Assembly (NCBI GenBank): GCA_905178155.1
Contig: CAJINV010000004.1
Span: forward strand, 1,518,784 to 1,582,783
Source of the DNA: Amoebophrya sp. A120
Lineage: Eukaryota > Protista > Dinoflagellata
Direction of reading: 5' to 3'
Length of the DNA stretch: 64,000 nt
The number at the start of each line of letters is the position of its first letter. Position 1 is the stretch's first letter. Positions 12,901-25,100 of this stretch are shown here, in pieces. The notes under the pieces were generated by a model. It was not told the DNA's origin, made no database searches, and saw nothing but the letters and a program-made list of their open reading frames with translations. The translations under genes and the position numbers were made by a program.

Positions 12901-15900
12901 CTCTCCCTATCCTTGTGTTGCCGAGGTCCCGAGGACTTGACTTTGTGTTGCAGAGGTTCCACTCTGGATTTATGTTGCAGAGGTCCCAAGAACCTGATAT
13001 TGGGCTGGGGACGTTTTTACACAGAATACGCCGCCGCGGCCGGAAAGGAGGAAATCACCTGCCCAGCCGTCAACGGCGCGGCGCGCGTCATCGATTTTTT
13101 CGCTAAGTGCGACGTATCCAACAGAAATAAAATACACCCATCGTCGCAGAAAAAAAGTCTATTTGTGCTGCCAAATTGGCGTGAATGGCAACTCTGGACT
13201 TCGAAGACCACAAGAGTGGCAGTTTGCTGCGATGCGTGTGCATGTGCAGCGGCTTGTTGTAAATGTGGATTAGCGACAATTAATGACCCTATAATCAGCT
13301 GCAACACAGTTTCACTATACTTAGTGCTTACCTATTGCGTTTTTAGTATGAAAATGGGTTTACTTGTTTTCTGTGGGATACAACGGCGCCACCTGCACGC
13401 CTAGCGAGTGCTGCGTCAATGCGCCGTTGTGCGCGACGCTGACTTGCCCGGCCGCGAAGCCGCTGAATCGCGGCCCGAACGTGAGTTGTGCGCTGGCGAC
13501 CGGGTGCGAGGTTCCCGAATGCTGTATCAAAATGAAAATCCTTCTCGTCATACTCAAAGTGGAATTTGTGTAGCATGATTTGTGATCACAAAGGCAGTTG
13601 TGATGCTTGTAGGGAAGAGATGCAGGAGACTGTGCTTAGTGCTGTCCGGCGCGGGTAAGCCCTGCCACTCCAGCATGACAGGAACCAACTGCATTCGCCC
13701 AGAACAGAACGACAAAGCTCCTGAAATACACAGGCCGCGAGTCTGTTTGTCCCTTTACCTTCCTAAAATACAAAGGGATCTGTGTACACAAGAAGTTGCG
13801 CACCGGAAATCTCCTTTTGATATGGGGAGGGGGATTTTTCCTCACAATATGCTGCGTGGTTGCCTCGGAGCCGTTCCGCTCGGTCACGACGTTGTCCATG
13901 GACCTGCCCGTATCCAGGTGAAAAGTGCCATATCCCCAGAAATGGAGAAAATTTCTGATGCATAAGGGTTTCAAATGAAAAATGCATGAGGGGACTACGA
14001 GTCATCTTCCTGGTCCAGAGCTGGCACTCTCGGAAGCATGTTTCACATGACAATTTTTGCAGCCGCTAGGCTGCATGGCGAATTTATGATGCTGGAGGAT
14101 GTAGGTGGATGCGGACAGCGTTTCCATTCGGAGCTTTTGCACGCGCGAGCGCCCTCCGTTTCTGAGATAGGGGTGCTTTTCACTTCCATAGTCCGCCGAT
14201 GCGGACTACACGGAAGCCGAGCTGTTGGACACACTCGGTCCCCTATCCTGTGTAAAGGCGTCCCCGCCGCATACTTGCCATGCAAATCTGCATGGGGTGT
14301 TTCGGAATGTGTCATGTTAGAACTAGGATATGCTGCTGAGCGATTTATCATGCAGCCGCACTAGCTAAACACGACTACACTTCTGCAAGCCCAATTTATT
14401 AATTTGTTCTGCGCATTGCACATAGCTTGTGGGTCTATTGCGTAGCAACGACGTGTCCACGATCTTGTTGACTTTCGGGCGGGGCTTTTTTTCTCAGGAT
14501 ATCCCAGCGTGAAAACCGGCCTCGAGCAGAGCATCCGTGCCGTCGCACCGGCGGGTTCCGTAGTCCAGGTCGAGATCATTTCGATCACCTTATCCTAAGG
14601 GAAATCGTCCCTACCCCAGAGTTGTAATGCAAAACGGCTTGCCTAAAGTAAAAGTAAAATCAAAATGTTTCCCATGCGCTGCAACCCAATGAAGGCATCT
14701 TCTATAATCTAATGCTGTCTGGCAGCCTGTCAGGCTACATATCGCGATGAGATGATGATCGATTTGTCTGTAAAATGCGGCTGCACCGAACCACCAACAC
14801 CATGACACTAGGATCCCAGACTTGTCATGCGCCACAGCCGGCAAAACTTGTTAATTTCTTTGTGTAGCCAAAACCCGGCAGGAGTCTGAGTCACTGCCCC
14901 TCTCCTTTGTTTGAATCACTTCCCCACGCATCACCGCCCGATCCGGATCAAGACCCCACCTCCCCCGCATCACCTCCGGCAGCCGGCGATGGACTTGGTT
15001 GTTTAGGGTCGTCTAGGGCCTAGGGTTCGAGGTTTCGGGTCGCTCCGTCATGCCGCCCCCCCCGTCCATCCTTTTCCGCCTGCCTTTGGGCCTCGGCTTC
15101 TTCCTGGCCCCCAAGTTTCATGCCCTGGCCGTGTCTGCGTGCCGTGTGTACTTGCACTTTTGCGCGCCCCGCGTGCCGTTTCAGGTTCGTCATCCTAGGC
15201 CTGCCTACAGACGGCGGCCACATACGTAGGCAGGCTCGCGGAGCGCAGCTGCGGGCGGCAAGGGTACTTATTACAGTGTGCGGCGGGGAAGTGGGGCCGG
15301 GCTCCCCCACTTCCCCAGCACTGCCTGGGGAAGTACTTCTTTGCCCACGACCCGAGGGGCAGCACTTCCACTTCCCCAAGGTGGGTCAGTGGGGGAGTGA
15401 TGCTTGGGGAAGTGGTTCACACCATAAACCCAAATCCCCACCCCATCTGCGTCTTGACTCTGGGGTGGGGGCGTTTTGCCTGAGGATGCATCTTCGAGAA
15501 TTCCCGCCGCCGCACGCAGCTGGAAGACCCGCACTTGGAACGCAGAGCGGTGGAAGGCGCGATTGCTGCTGGAACAACCGAAAACTATCGGGGTACATAT
15601 GCATTGTGACTATGTCTGGATCTGCAAAAGTGAAACCTGTGCTGCGGGTTTGGGAATCCTGTAAAATCTGTATCGCACCTCCATGACCAGCATCACCAAA
15701 ATTAAGCTCTGTTTTGTCATGCAAAAGCACAGTTTCTATTAATGCGCACTACACGTACACGTTGATTGTACACATCAGGAAGCGTCCTCAAGATTTGTCA
15801 TGTTTGGCTCCTGCAATCCGGAGTATGATATGCTCAGTCCCTTGGCCGCTCAGCATCGCAGGTCTCCAGACGGACCCAGACATCTTTGCACCAGTTGATA

Positions 15901-18125
15901 GTACTACTAAATCGCCGACCGAGCGACAGTACACGAGGGACAACAAGCGTCGACGAGCGTCAGCTAGTACAACCAGGTCTGATGTGCTTGTGGACTTCAC
16001 CGTCAAGGGCGGACAGGCCGAGTCCGGGGAGGACCTTCCTGTCGAGTATCGTAAGGAAAGATCCCCCCACCTCCCCATGCCCAACGGGAAAGTTTATGAT
16101 GCAGAATTCTGGTCACAAATCAGCTCGGTCTTGCAGGAAGACAACGAGTGCGCCAGAGGCTTCCGCCTCATTGTGCAAGCGATTGGGCGGAATGATCATG
16201 CTGCTCGGCGGCCTAGAGGGTAGCAGTTTGCAATTCTAAACCACTAGACTTAAACGCCCCGGCCCAGGCTGAAGATCTGGCCGCAGTGCCTTGCTGCAAG
16301 ACCACAGAGCGTACTTCCGTGTGAAGGCAAGTCCAACACTAGAAACTCCGTTTGGGCCGCAATATGGGGAGGGGGGATTCATTTTCCTCTTGATATCAGG
16401 GAGCTGGTGACAAGCCTGCCCGCTGCCGATCTCGAGGCTGCGATTGCGGACGCAATCGAGGCGAACTCAGCGACGCTGCCCGAAGGCGTGAGCGTGGCCG
16501 ACGTGGTTAGCGCACCCGCGCCGCAGAGCGAGACCAGCACCCCCGTGTCGTATCAAATGTACTTAAAAATGTCTGGGTCTGGAAGAGTCATGTTGTTTTT
16601 GCATGACACAGAAGGTCTGGCATGGAAGCTCTAGCATTACAGGTATCGAGAAGCTTCCGCAATGCCGAATCCGCGTGACAAATCCGCCACTTTGGTGACA
16701 GAAAGTGGGCAGCGCTTGCTACCCATGCATGAGAGATTTTTCTGTGTTCTGAAATGCGCATCACAAGTTTGTATTCTTCCAGACCCAGACACTTTTGCAT
16801 TTGATACGTCGGGCAACGCACCAACTACCACGCGAACCACCGACACGAATGACGACGAAGATGAGGAAACTATCGTCCTTGTCTTTGTTCTCGTGGGCGC
16901 CGTTTTGCTAGTGATGTTCCTGTTTTCGATGGCGGTGTGGCGCCAGAAAAAGCACGAGGAGGCAACGCGAAGATACATGCAAGCTTACAACCGCGACGGT
17001 TCGTGGGGAACACAATCGGGGAATAAAATGTGGAAAGGTGGTATCCAAGAAAAAAACATTGTAGGTGTAACTTTTTTGGAGGAACAGCATTACAAATTTG
17101 TCTGGCATGACAGCAAAAACCTGTCATGCGCAGATAGTACGTGAAAACGCCCTTTAATGGGAGCTACGATGCATGCCAAGCATGACAGACGCAATCGTCT
17201 TGCAGGTTGCGCATGACAAATTTACACTAACAACGTTTTTTTCTTGGATAGGTGGTAAGCAGTACGGGGGACAGCGTGCAGCTTGGGATATATGCATTGC
17301 AAGTGTGTCTGGGTCACCTGGAAGAGTTCCAACTTGTGATGCTAAATCTCGACCAGACGAAAATAAATCTGTATTGCGTGAGGGTGCCAAAAGGCTGCTT
17401 ATTTTTCGCTTGCACAATTTGCGAATTTGTCATGCGGGGTAGGCATGATCAGGAACAGGAAGCCTTGGCCTTCGCAACAAAACCCATATAGATAAATGCT
17501 TCACGTGCATTCCAGAGCACTCATTTGTTCCAGCAGATGCATGACAAACTTTACTTCCAGACCCAGATATGTTTGCATTTGATAAAAACAAGGCAAACGA
17601 GGCTACAACAAGAACGAGCGCTGGCACTATGGCGCCGGCGGTTCTTCCCCGAGCTCCGGCGGGAAATGGGGAGCAGCATTATCAAATGCAAAAATGTCTG
17701 GGCCTGGAAGAATGCAACTTGTGAAGCTGCATTTGGATGTCTAAAAAATTTGTGTTGCATGAGCAGCAAAAGATTTCTGAATTTTGCTACGCGGAGAGGG
17801 CAGCTGTCATGCGGAATAGGCGTCAAGAACCCCTCAAAAAACCTGTGGCGCTAGGGCATGCATCACAGACATCATGGCTCATGCAAACCGTGCATCACAA
17901 GTCTCAGAGTCTTGTTCCAGACCCAGACATTTTTGCATTTGACAAACATCAAAGGGAAAGAACAAGTGGGCAGGAGGCACCAGTCCGGCTACGCCTCCCC
18001 CCGTGCGCCCGAAGAGCCCTGCGCCGGGGCTTTTGGGACAAGGGAACAAGGGCAGTTCTTCGTGGTCCCCGCATCCCCAGGGCATGCCGGGGAAAGGTGG
18101 CCTCCTTGCCAGTTGGATTTATTAA
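9936..18125 (+). CDS. Cys-rich type-I membrane (surface) protein, paralog 1, 16 introners; alternative in-frame ATG at 9804
   Basis: Hydrophobic leader; repeated Cys motifs such as CTADECC; TM IVLVFVLVGAVLLVMFLFSMAVW followed by RQKK; G/K/P-rich tail; exons join in frame where checked. Confidence 0.75.
10060..10365. mobile_element. Introner family A, homologous to 22448 and 24408
   Basis: TIRs; DR ATTGT/TTTGT; joins QL|CRSY. Confidence 0.8.
11493..11780. mobile_element. Degenerate introner A, shared with paralog (26490-26771)
   Basis: Joins DDG|GCTRALCC in frame. Confidence 0.75.
12137..12335. mobile_element. Introner A, shared with paralog (27131-27328)
   Basis: DR CGAAG/CGAAG. Confidence 0.8.
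12420..12645. mobile_element. Introner family G, shared with paralog (27413-27647)
   Basis: TATGGCAGTGCAC...GTGCACTTTGATA; DR ACCAG/ACCTG. Confidence 0.7.
12704..13028. mobile_element. Introner B, shared with paralog (27706-28141)
   Basis: DR CGCCG/CGCCG. Confidence 0.85.
13115..13380. mobile_element. Introner C-like, paralog-1 specific
   Basis: TATCCAACAGAAA...TTTCTGTGGGATA; DR CGACG/CAACG; empty site at ~28220. Confidence 0.8.
13525..13849. mobile_element. Introner D, shared with paralog (28367-28699)
   Basis: DR TGCTG/TGCTG. Confidence 0.85.
13911..14190. mobile_element. Introner family H, shared with paralog (28761-29027)
   Basis: TATCCAGGTGAAAAGTGCC...GGTGCTTTTCACTTCCATA; DR GCCCG/GTCCG. 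Confidence 0.8.
14244..14501. mobile_element. Introner B, shared with paralog (29081-29430)
   Basis: TATCCTGTGTAAAGGCGTCCCC...CTCAGGATA; DR TCCCC/TCCCA. Confidence 0.8.
14591..15488. mobile_element. Long introner B with internal cargo, paralog-1 specific
   Basis: TATCCTAAGGGAAATCGTCCCTACCCCAGAG...CTCTGGGGTGGGGGCGTTTTGCCTGAGGATG; DR CACCT/CATCT; empty site at ~29745. Confidence 0.8.
15598..15900. mobile_element. Degenerate introner A, paralog-1 specific
   Basis: DR GTACA/GTACT. Confidence 0.7.
16047..16395. mobile_element. Introner D, shared with paralog (33065-33431)
   Basis: TATCGTAAGGAAAGATCCCCCC...GGGGGATTCATTTTCCTCTTGATA. Confidence 0.8.
16551..16806. mobile_element. Introner A, shared with paralog (33587-33848)
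   Basis: DR TGTCG/CGTCG. Confidence 0.9.
17042..17250. mobile_element. Introner C-like, paralog-1 specific
   Basis: TATCCAAGAAAAAAAC...GTTTTTTTCTTGGATA; DR GGTGG/GGTGG. Confidence 0.85.
17291..17584. mobile_element. Introner A
   Basis: Family A TIRs; frame restored WD|QGKRGYN. Confidence 0.75.
17680..17944. mobile_element. Introner A
   Basis: Family A TIRs; DR AGCAT/AACAT. Confidence 0.85.
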
Positions 18126-20362
18126 AAGCGAAAGCCACACAAGCGCCTCGCCGGGGGCGCCGCGCAAGGGATTTCTCGACGCGCATGAGCAGGCGCCCGA
18201 CGGAAAAAAAGGGAGCCGGAGGACGATGTGAAAAAATACACTAGTACCAGAGAGGATCTGAAAAAATAAAAAAGGCAGTGAGAGGACAAGCTGCAATAAT
18301 AGATTTGGCCTGCCGGCGCCCACAGGGTAGGTTTTTTGTGTTAAAATATTTCATATGATAGTACATTTTTTTACATACACATACTTCTGTCACACATACA
18401 CCTAGAGTAGTAATTGTTCCCTCGTTTTTGATATCGATTTTTTTGTACTTATGTGATGAATTTGTTTTGAAATTATTCGGTTGTAGAGTTTTAGCCCCGA
18501 AGAACGCCCCGCATGAAAGAAAAACGGGAAAGAGCCCGTCAATACATCTCTCCTCTTGTAACTTCTTTGTTCCCGATCACAAAGTAACATTTTTTTACAA
18601 GAACCAATCTGATAGCAAGATACATCGATTTGCTTTATTTCCCGATCATATTACCATATCCATATCCATTTCAACTTCAAGACCCAGAAGACCTGCAAGT
18701 AACTTCACAGACATCAACCCTTTGGACGAAGAAAAGACACCGAAGTCCCCGCGCTAGCGAGCAAACCAACTTTGCTTGTTTGCTGTAGGGCTACGGTTCT
18801 AGACCACCGGCTGACTACATGCATCTAGAAGTTCCTTTGCTGGTTCGACTCCGCTCTGGCACGAAGAGAAATAATGTTGTCCCCGTGAGGAACGAATGCT
18901 GCCCCGAAGACCGCCCCGCGTGAAGGAAGAACGAAACTATACCCTTGAGTGTCACGCTTCTCTCTTCCTCGAACTTCTTTGTTTCCAACCAAAATTATAT
19001 CACGTTCCCCCGACCAGCAATCTGGGTGATAGGAAGATGCATCGATTTTGCTTTCGTGTTCCCAACATTTTCATCATACTCATTTCAAGACCTAGCCCTA
19101 CAATGAGCTCCTCCACATCAACAGTCAACCCGGACGAAGGGAAGACAAGGAAGAAGTCCACCGACCCCGCGCTAGCGAGCAAACCAATCTGGTCTTTCTG
19201 TGCCATGGTGCTAGATCGACTAGTTCCACGTTGTTCCTTTGCTGATTGTTTCTTTCACCCCGCTGTGGCACGATGACGAGTAAAAATCCAGTCCTCCTGA
19301 GCACCAGTCAGAACATCCTCCTGAGCACCTGCAATGGGTTGTGCGAAACTGGTACACAAGACTAAGTACTGCCGAATGCGTGCGATGAAGCTGTGGCGCG
19401 TGCATATTCTGCAATACAGATGAATGTCTTTGCGCTTTTTCGGAAAATTGTATATGTTACTCGCTCAATCCTTGTGTTGTCATGGGTGGCGAAGTGTCTA
19501 ACTTACATTTGCCTGATTGTGATCATTGGAAATAAACATAAAGTAAATGGAGTTGATCTTGATGAAGATGAACAGGACTTTGGTTCTTTGCAATGCGGAA
19601 AGAAAACGGATCTGGGTCAGTTGGAACGCTGTGTCGTCCACGCCCTGTTCTGCGGCTGCTTGTTGTGTTAGCAGTGCTACTAGCACTTTTGCTGACCCAT
19701 GTTTGTAAGTATGGTGCTACAAGGGCTGCCAAAGTAGAACAAGAAGTGCCATCTGCTAGCCGCATCTTTCGTAAAGGTGAGTCGTGGTGTTTTGGCACAT
19801 GATGGTGTGTAACTACGAGAAGCACATATCAATATGATTGTGATTCCCCGTTCTTTACTTACTATGCTTTTTTGTCTTCCACCACCCTGAAAGATAGTTC
19901 TCCATCGTTCGGGATCAAATCCTCGTGCGTCCGTTCGTTCATCGTTCTCGTTGCTGCCACACGTTCCGTCGTCGTCGACCCAAAATAGAATCGACGTTCA
20001 ATTCCTGATTCGTGCCGAGTATTTCCGCAATGGAAATGCAGAAGGAAGGTGTGAGCATCGTGATTTTCGCGCGAAAGAACGGACAACTCTTACAGACGTG
20101 GCTCGTACAGCCGTTGAACTGGTTGTCACAGGTCACAGGAAGAGGTAAGTACTTGATCTTATGAAAGAATGGATACACTACATCACGATCACGTCCGCCT
20201 AACAGTAACTCGTCGAAGAGATATGCTAAAGCCGCAAGAAGCTACTCGGTCCATCTTTCGAAGACGGAAGAAAGTTTGTTGAAGCTAACTATGCTGTTTT
20301 TATTAGTATGCTTCATCTCCCAGAAGGAAGTACTCGTCCCTAGTGGTGCAGTCTCGGCAGAC

Positions 20363-21498
20363 TCGTGGGAGTGAGGGGTGATTCTCTTCGTGGGGGTGAT
20401 GTTGTGGGATGGAATCTGTAATGCTATTTTACTACTCAGCAAGGTATTGCTCGTTCGGAGTTTTCTAAGAGGATTTTTGATCACGCGCATTACAAGTTTC
20501 TGGCGTCCATGTACGAACGAGTGTACCACCGGGGAGTTAATAAATCTGAATATTAAAGTCCTGAAATTGGTCGGATCTTACCGAGGGAACGATGCTCAGA
20601 ATATGAAGTTTATCGATGTCGACTATCAGACCTGAGAAAACGCCTACACTATTACACAGAAAATAAAAAACACAAAAAAAAACCGCACCTTTCTAATAGT
20701 GCAGTTTCTCTTTCTCTTTAAAGCAAGGTAAAAGTCAAACTATCTGAGTTTGGCTTTCTTTTTTCTTTTACCTTTCTTTTTCTCAGTTGAGAGCTTTGCT
20801 AGTCCGCAACACGATGGTGTGCTGATGAGAGGCGAGTGACGTGGTCGTGTTTTGTCTCTCTTGGTAACTCCGTTGTTGTAGTTCTCACGATGCTATCACG
20901 CGATTGCTTGGTTTAATGTTTTACCTGATTTCCATTTTAGATTTATTCTCGGGTGGACCTCTACTTTTACGGATCCATCAAGCTCGCCTTGTCCCCACGC
21001 TAGGGCGTAAAAACGCACCAGTCAATAGATACAAAAAACCGCAAAAGTGCTGACCTTCCAGGATCTTGCACGCACTGCCTGGTCCCCACGTAAAACTACA
21101 GTTTAGCTCAAAAAAGTTGTTGCTCTTCCTTTCCGTAAAAAAAAAATCGAATAGATCTTTATCGAAGCCAAAGACCAAAGTTTTAGTTCTGTTTTAGCTC
21201 CCCCAGTTCCGCTCTTCGGAGCAAAAATGTTTCAAACCTTTCCAGCGTAGCTCCTCGGAGCATAGTTTTATAGCCCACTCCAGCTTAGCTCCTCGGAGCG
21301 TCAGTTTTAGTTTCTTTAGTTTTAGTCTGCAAAAAAGTTTAAGCGTTAGTTATCTCTCTCTCAGTTCCTGCATTGAAACTTCTGACAAACGCAAAACTGT
21401 TTTATGGCCGACGTGGTGGTTAGGATTGCCTGACTGCTGCGTTGAGCCCGGCTCGCGTGGCTGCGCCACGTGCGCCGACACCTCTGACCTCTGATCTG
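20363..21498. mobile_element. ~1.14-kb insertion flanked by a perfect 72-bp direct repeat
   Basis: 20291-20362 is identical to 21499-21570; absent from the homologous segment at ~7890-7950. Confidence 0.65.
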
Positions 21499-22164
21499 AT
21501 GCTGTTTTTATTAGTATGCTTCATCTCCCAGAAGGAAGTACTCGTCCCTAGTGGTGCAGTCTCGGCAGACGGCATTCGGAAGAAAAAAACGTTGCGCACT
21601 AATTAGGCAGATAAAAAAGTCACCACAAAAAAGGTCGGCTTTGCCGAGCCGAAATAGCATTCTGCGGGCTCCTGCATCTTGACAAATATCTTTAGTTTGT
21701 GTATTGTTCTTGGACTACAAGACTTACTTACAAAGTACAGCTTCCTGGCTGCCAAAGTATGTACAAATAGAGCAGTTTGTCTACCGAGTTTCGCAGTGTC
21801 CCGACCCCGACGATAGTAGAGAAGTGTTTTGTAGCTTTTCGATCTTCTATCTTTTCTTTAAAGTTCAACATTGCGGTGCAGAAAGCGTGTGAAGGTAGAG
21901 ACAATTACAAGCACTAACGTACTTCTTACGGAAGTAGGTCACAGAGAAGAAGCTTACTTACGCATTTATTACTCTGAAGCCCTGACGAATTAGAAATAAA
22001 ATGAGGCGAAGGTTAGAACAAAAATTATGTCGCAGCTTTTCTACCCTAGTAATGTCATTGCCTCGTGGAAGAGCCAGGAACGGTTGAGGACAAGGTCGTC
22101 GGAGGAAGCATCAAGGCATCTGCGTCAATCCGGATCACAATTCGTCCGAAAAACGCCGAGAACG

Positions 22165-25100
22165 ATGTTGGATCGTACCGTTCGTGGGCATGCTCTTGTA
22201 ACAGCGGCAGCGCTCTTTTTGTTCACGGCTCATCGTCAACATGGAATTGCCCAAGCCGTTACAAACTGTGCCGCAGTCTCGGACGGCGCTACGGGATTTT
22301 TCTGGGATGATGCGAGCTGCAACACTGCATTGCACCCTGATGAAGGTGTAGTGAATGATGAAGCAACATGCATCAACACTAAGGACGATACCAGCCCTGG
22401 AGATTGTGGTCATGCTGGCACATGCTGCCGCGTGGTAACACAATTGTTATCAATTGTAAATATGTTTGGGTCTGGAAGTTTGCAAGACCTATGACGCTAG
22501 CTTGCTTGCTTGACAGGAGAGAGAAATCTGTCGTGCGTGATCTTGTGCTACAGGGTGATCCTTGAAAGAGCTCACTTTTCTCATTACCAAAAAACGCTAA
22601 AAGAATTGCACTTCATTTGTTTGTCGTCGTCGTGCGAAAGGGCACGCTTGACGTATTTGCTCAGCAACTTGTCATGCCTGTTCGCCCCTTATTGGAGGTT
22701 GCTCAACATCCGCGCACGAGCGTCACAATCTTCCCAATAGCCCCGACATGATATTTGCAGTTGATAATTATGTGGTAGCTTCACGTCGTGTCCTGTAAAC
22801 TCGAATCCTATCATGGTGACCAGCAGCTACCCGCCGGCTTTGGACAGCAAACTTGTGGACGATTGCACCGATGTGTCTAGCGACACCACCTTTTGTACCC
22901 AGGAGTTGTGCTGCACAGCAGCAGGTGTGTCTCAAGATTCTTCGGATACCAGCTGCGGGGCCTTCTGCGGCGAGCTGAAGGATGCAAATGGAGTGGCTAT
23001 CGGTGTCTCCACCCACGCGACACTGAGTCAGAAACTATGCAAGAGGTGGACCCTTAACCAGGGATATTGGTGCAGTATGCAACACTGTCGGTGCGAGTGC
23101 AACGCCGGCGCGGGGTACCACCTGGTTACAGATAACGGCCTGTATTCCGTTGCTCGAGACTTGCGCACGGACTGCATAAAGCCGACGTGTTTGAAGCATG
23201 GTGGCGCCCTGGACGGTTCAGAGGCCACTGCGAACTCATTTTGTACCGGCAGTTCTTATTCCCCAAAAGACAGCTTGAGCACAATCGAGTGTCAAAACAG
23301 TCGCTGCACAGAAGAGGAGTGTTGCAAGCCGCGGACGTGTGGCAATACCGATGGAGGAAATGCGGTTTACTCGCCGTGTCCCTCAGGCTCCGCACTCAGA
23401 GCCGGCCCGGCTTATCGTGAGATACATTCTCCCCTGCCCATACTCAAGATGGATGAAATTTCCGATGCCGCTGTGTGGCCACAATGCATATTTTCGAAAA
23501 AGGCGAAAAAGCGACACACCTTACGCTCACTCTGTAGGCCATTGGACCGTAGAGCTACGTAGAACTACGTCGCACTTCGTCGAGTAGTGGTGATAGATTG
23601 CGCGCCTCTGCGCTTTCGTTCTTTTTATGGATCCGTTTTTTTGTTTGGTTTTGCGTTTGTTCGTAATGCTTGCATGAAAGAGCTCCCATTGCTGGTGGAG
23701 GCGCCACCCTGGTTGCGGATTTGGGGGGACAAGCTCTTTCATGTCGGAGCACCTGTATGCCGCTGGGAAGGAAGCGCAGCAAGCTTCTTGCTGAATTTGT
23801 CCGAATTGGCGCAGCAGCGGCCAGCTTCGGCTGCTTCTTTCCTGCGTTTTGCCTCCACATGCATAAGGACCTCCAGGGCCGTGCGTCATGTTCGAGCTCA
23901 CGACTTAAGCGCACGCCGCACGTCTGGCCCTCGTGAAGCGGGGGCCCAGACCCATGCTGCGCGTTGTAGCTGCCCGAGCCGCCTTCTCGTTGCGCCTTCT
24001 ATCACCACTCATTTTCCGAAAGGCCTGGACTTTCATGACAAGCGCTGTAGAGTTTACTCGACCCTTCTTTTTTACTGATTTTAGTCGAAGGCCGCGGCCG
24101 CCCGGACGTCCTGCCGGTAGATCACCGATGTCATACCATTCTGCGCAGAATTGCAGCCTTCGATCCTCTTTCATCCTGAGCCAGCGAAGCGTCTACCTGC
24201 TTCCCACGCCTGCACTCTGCCTTGCCTGTGTTCTGGCATGACAGAATGGTTCTTTGCGTACAGAACTCTCGCATCAGAACAGAGTTATGCATTGGAATAT
24301 GGGAGGGGGGATTTTCCATTTTGATATGAAGAACTTCAAGTGCGGCAACGACGGGTATGGAGACCCCTGTGACCAAAACCGCTGCTGCGTGGCTTTGGAA
24401 CCATTGCTATCAACTGCAAACATGTCTGGGTTTGGAAGTTTGCAAGATCTGTGATGCGTGCTCGACAGGAGAGAGAAATCTCGCACGCGTGTTGTGCACC
24501 GGGCGTGTCGATCCCGGAAAAGGAATGAATACACTTTCGAGAAAACGAAAAACGAATTGCTACAGGGGGTGGTCCCTGGTTTGTCGTGGCGCCACGAGTG
24601 GCAGTAACTTTCGGAACGGAATCCCGAAAACTTCTTCGGTCATCATCCGCTAGCACAGATGATCGATTACTACAGGCACTGGCGGCGTGGACATCGTAGC
24701 AGGGTTTCGTTAAGGTAGCTGCCTGTTTTACTGAAAAGTACCTGAGGGGCCAGGCCATGAGGTGCTAGGCGGTCTAGCAGCTCCGGAGCGGTAGGTGGCC
24801 GCGTGCCTGTTCTTCATCCGCGGCGCCAGCGCGCTTCCTTTTTAGGAGTTCGAGTTTCGGTCTCTGATTCCAAGCTCAGGGTGTTTGGGCTGCTGTTTAG
24901 TTGGGCGGTGCACCGCGGTGTTTTGTAGGGTTGCCCGAGTGATTCCTTTGTTTCGTTTGGCAGGCTGCCTTACCCCCTGGCTTCAGGGCTTGTTGGTATC
25001 GTCCTAATCTGGCCGGGCTTTCTTCCGCATTGTTTGAGCGGCGGCTTTGAAGTCCTTTTACGCGCGAGTTTGTTACTCGGCATTCTAGCGCGCCAGTAGC

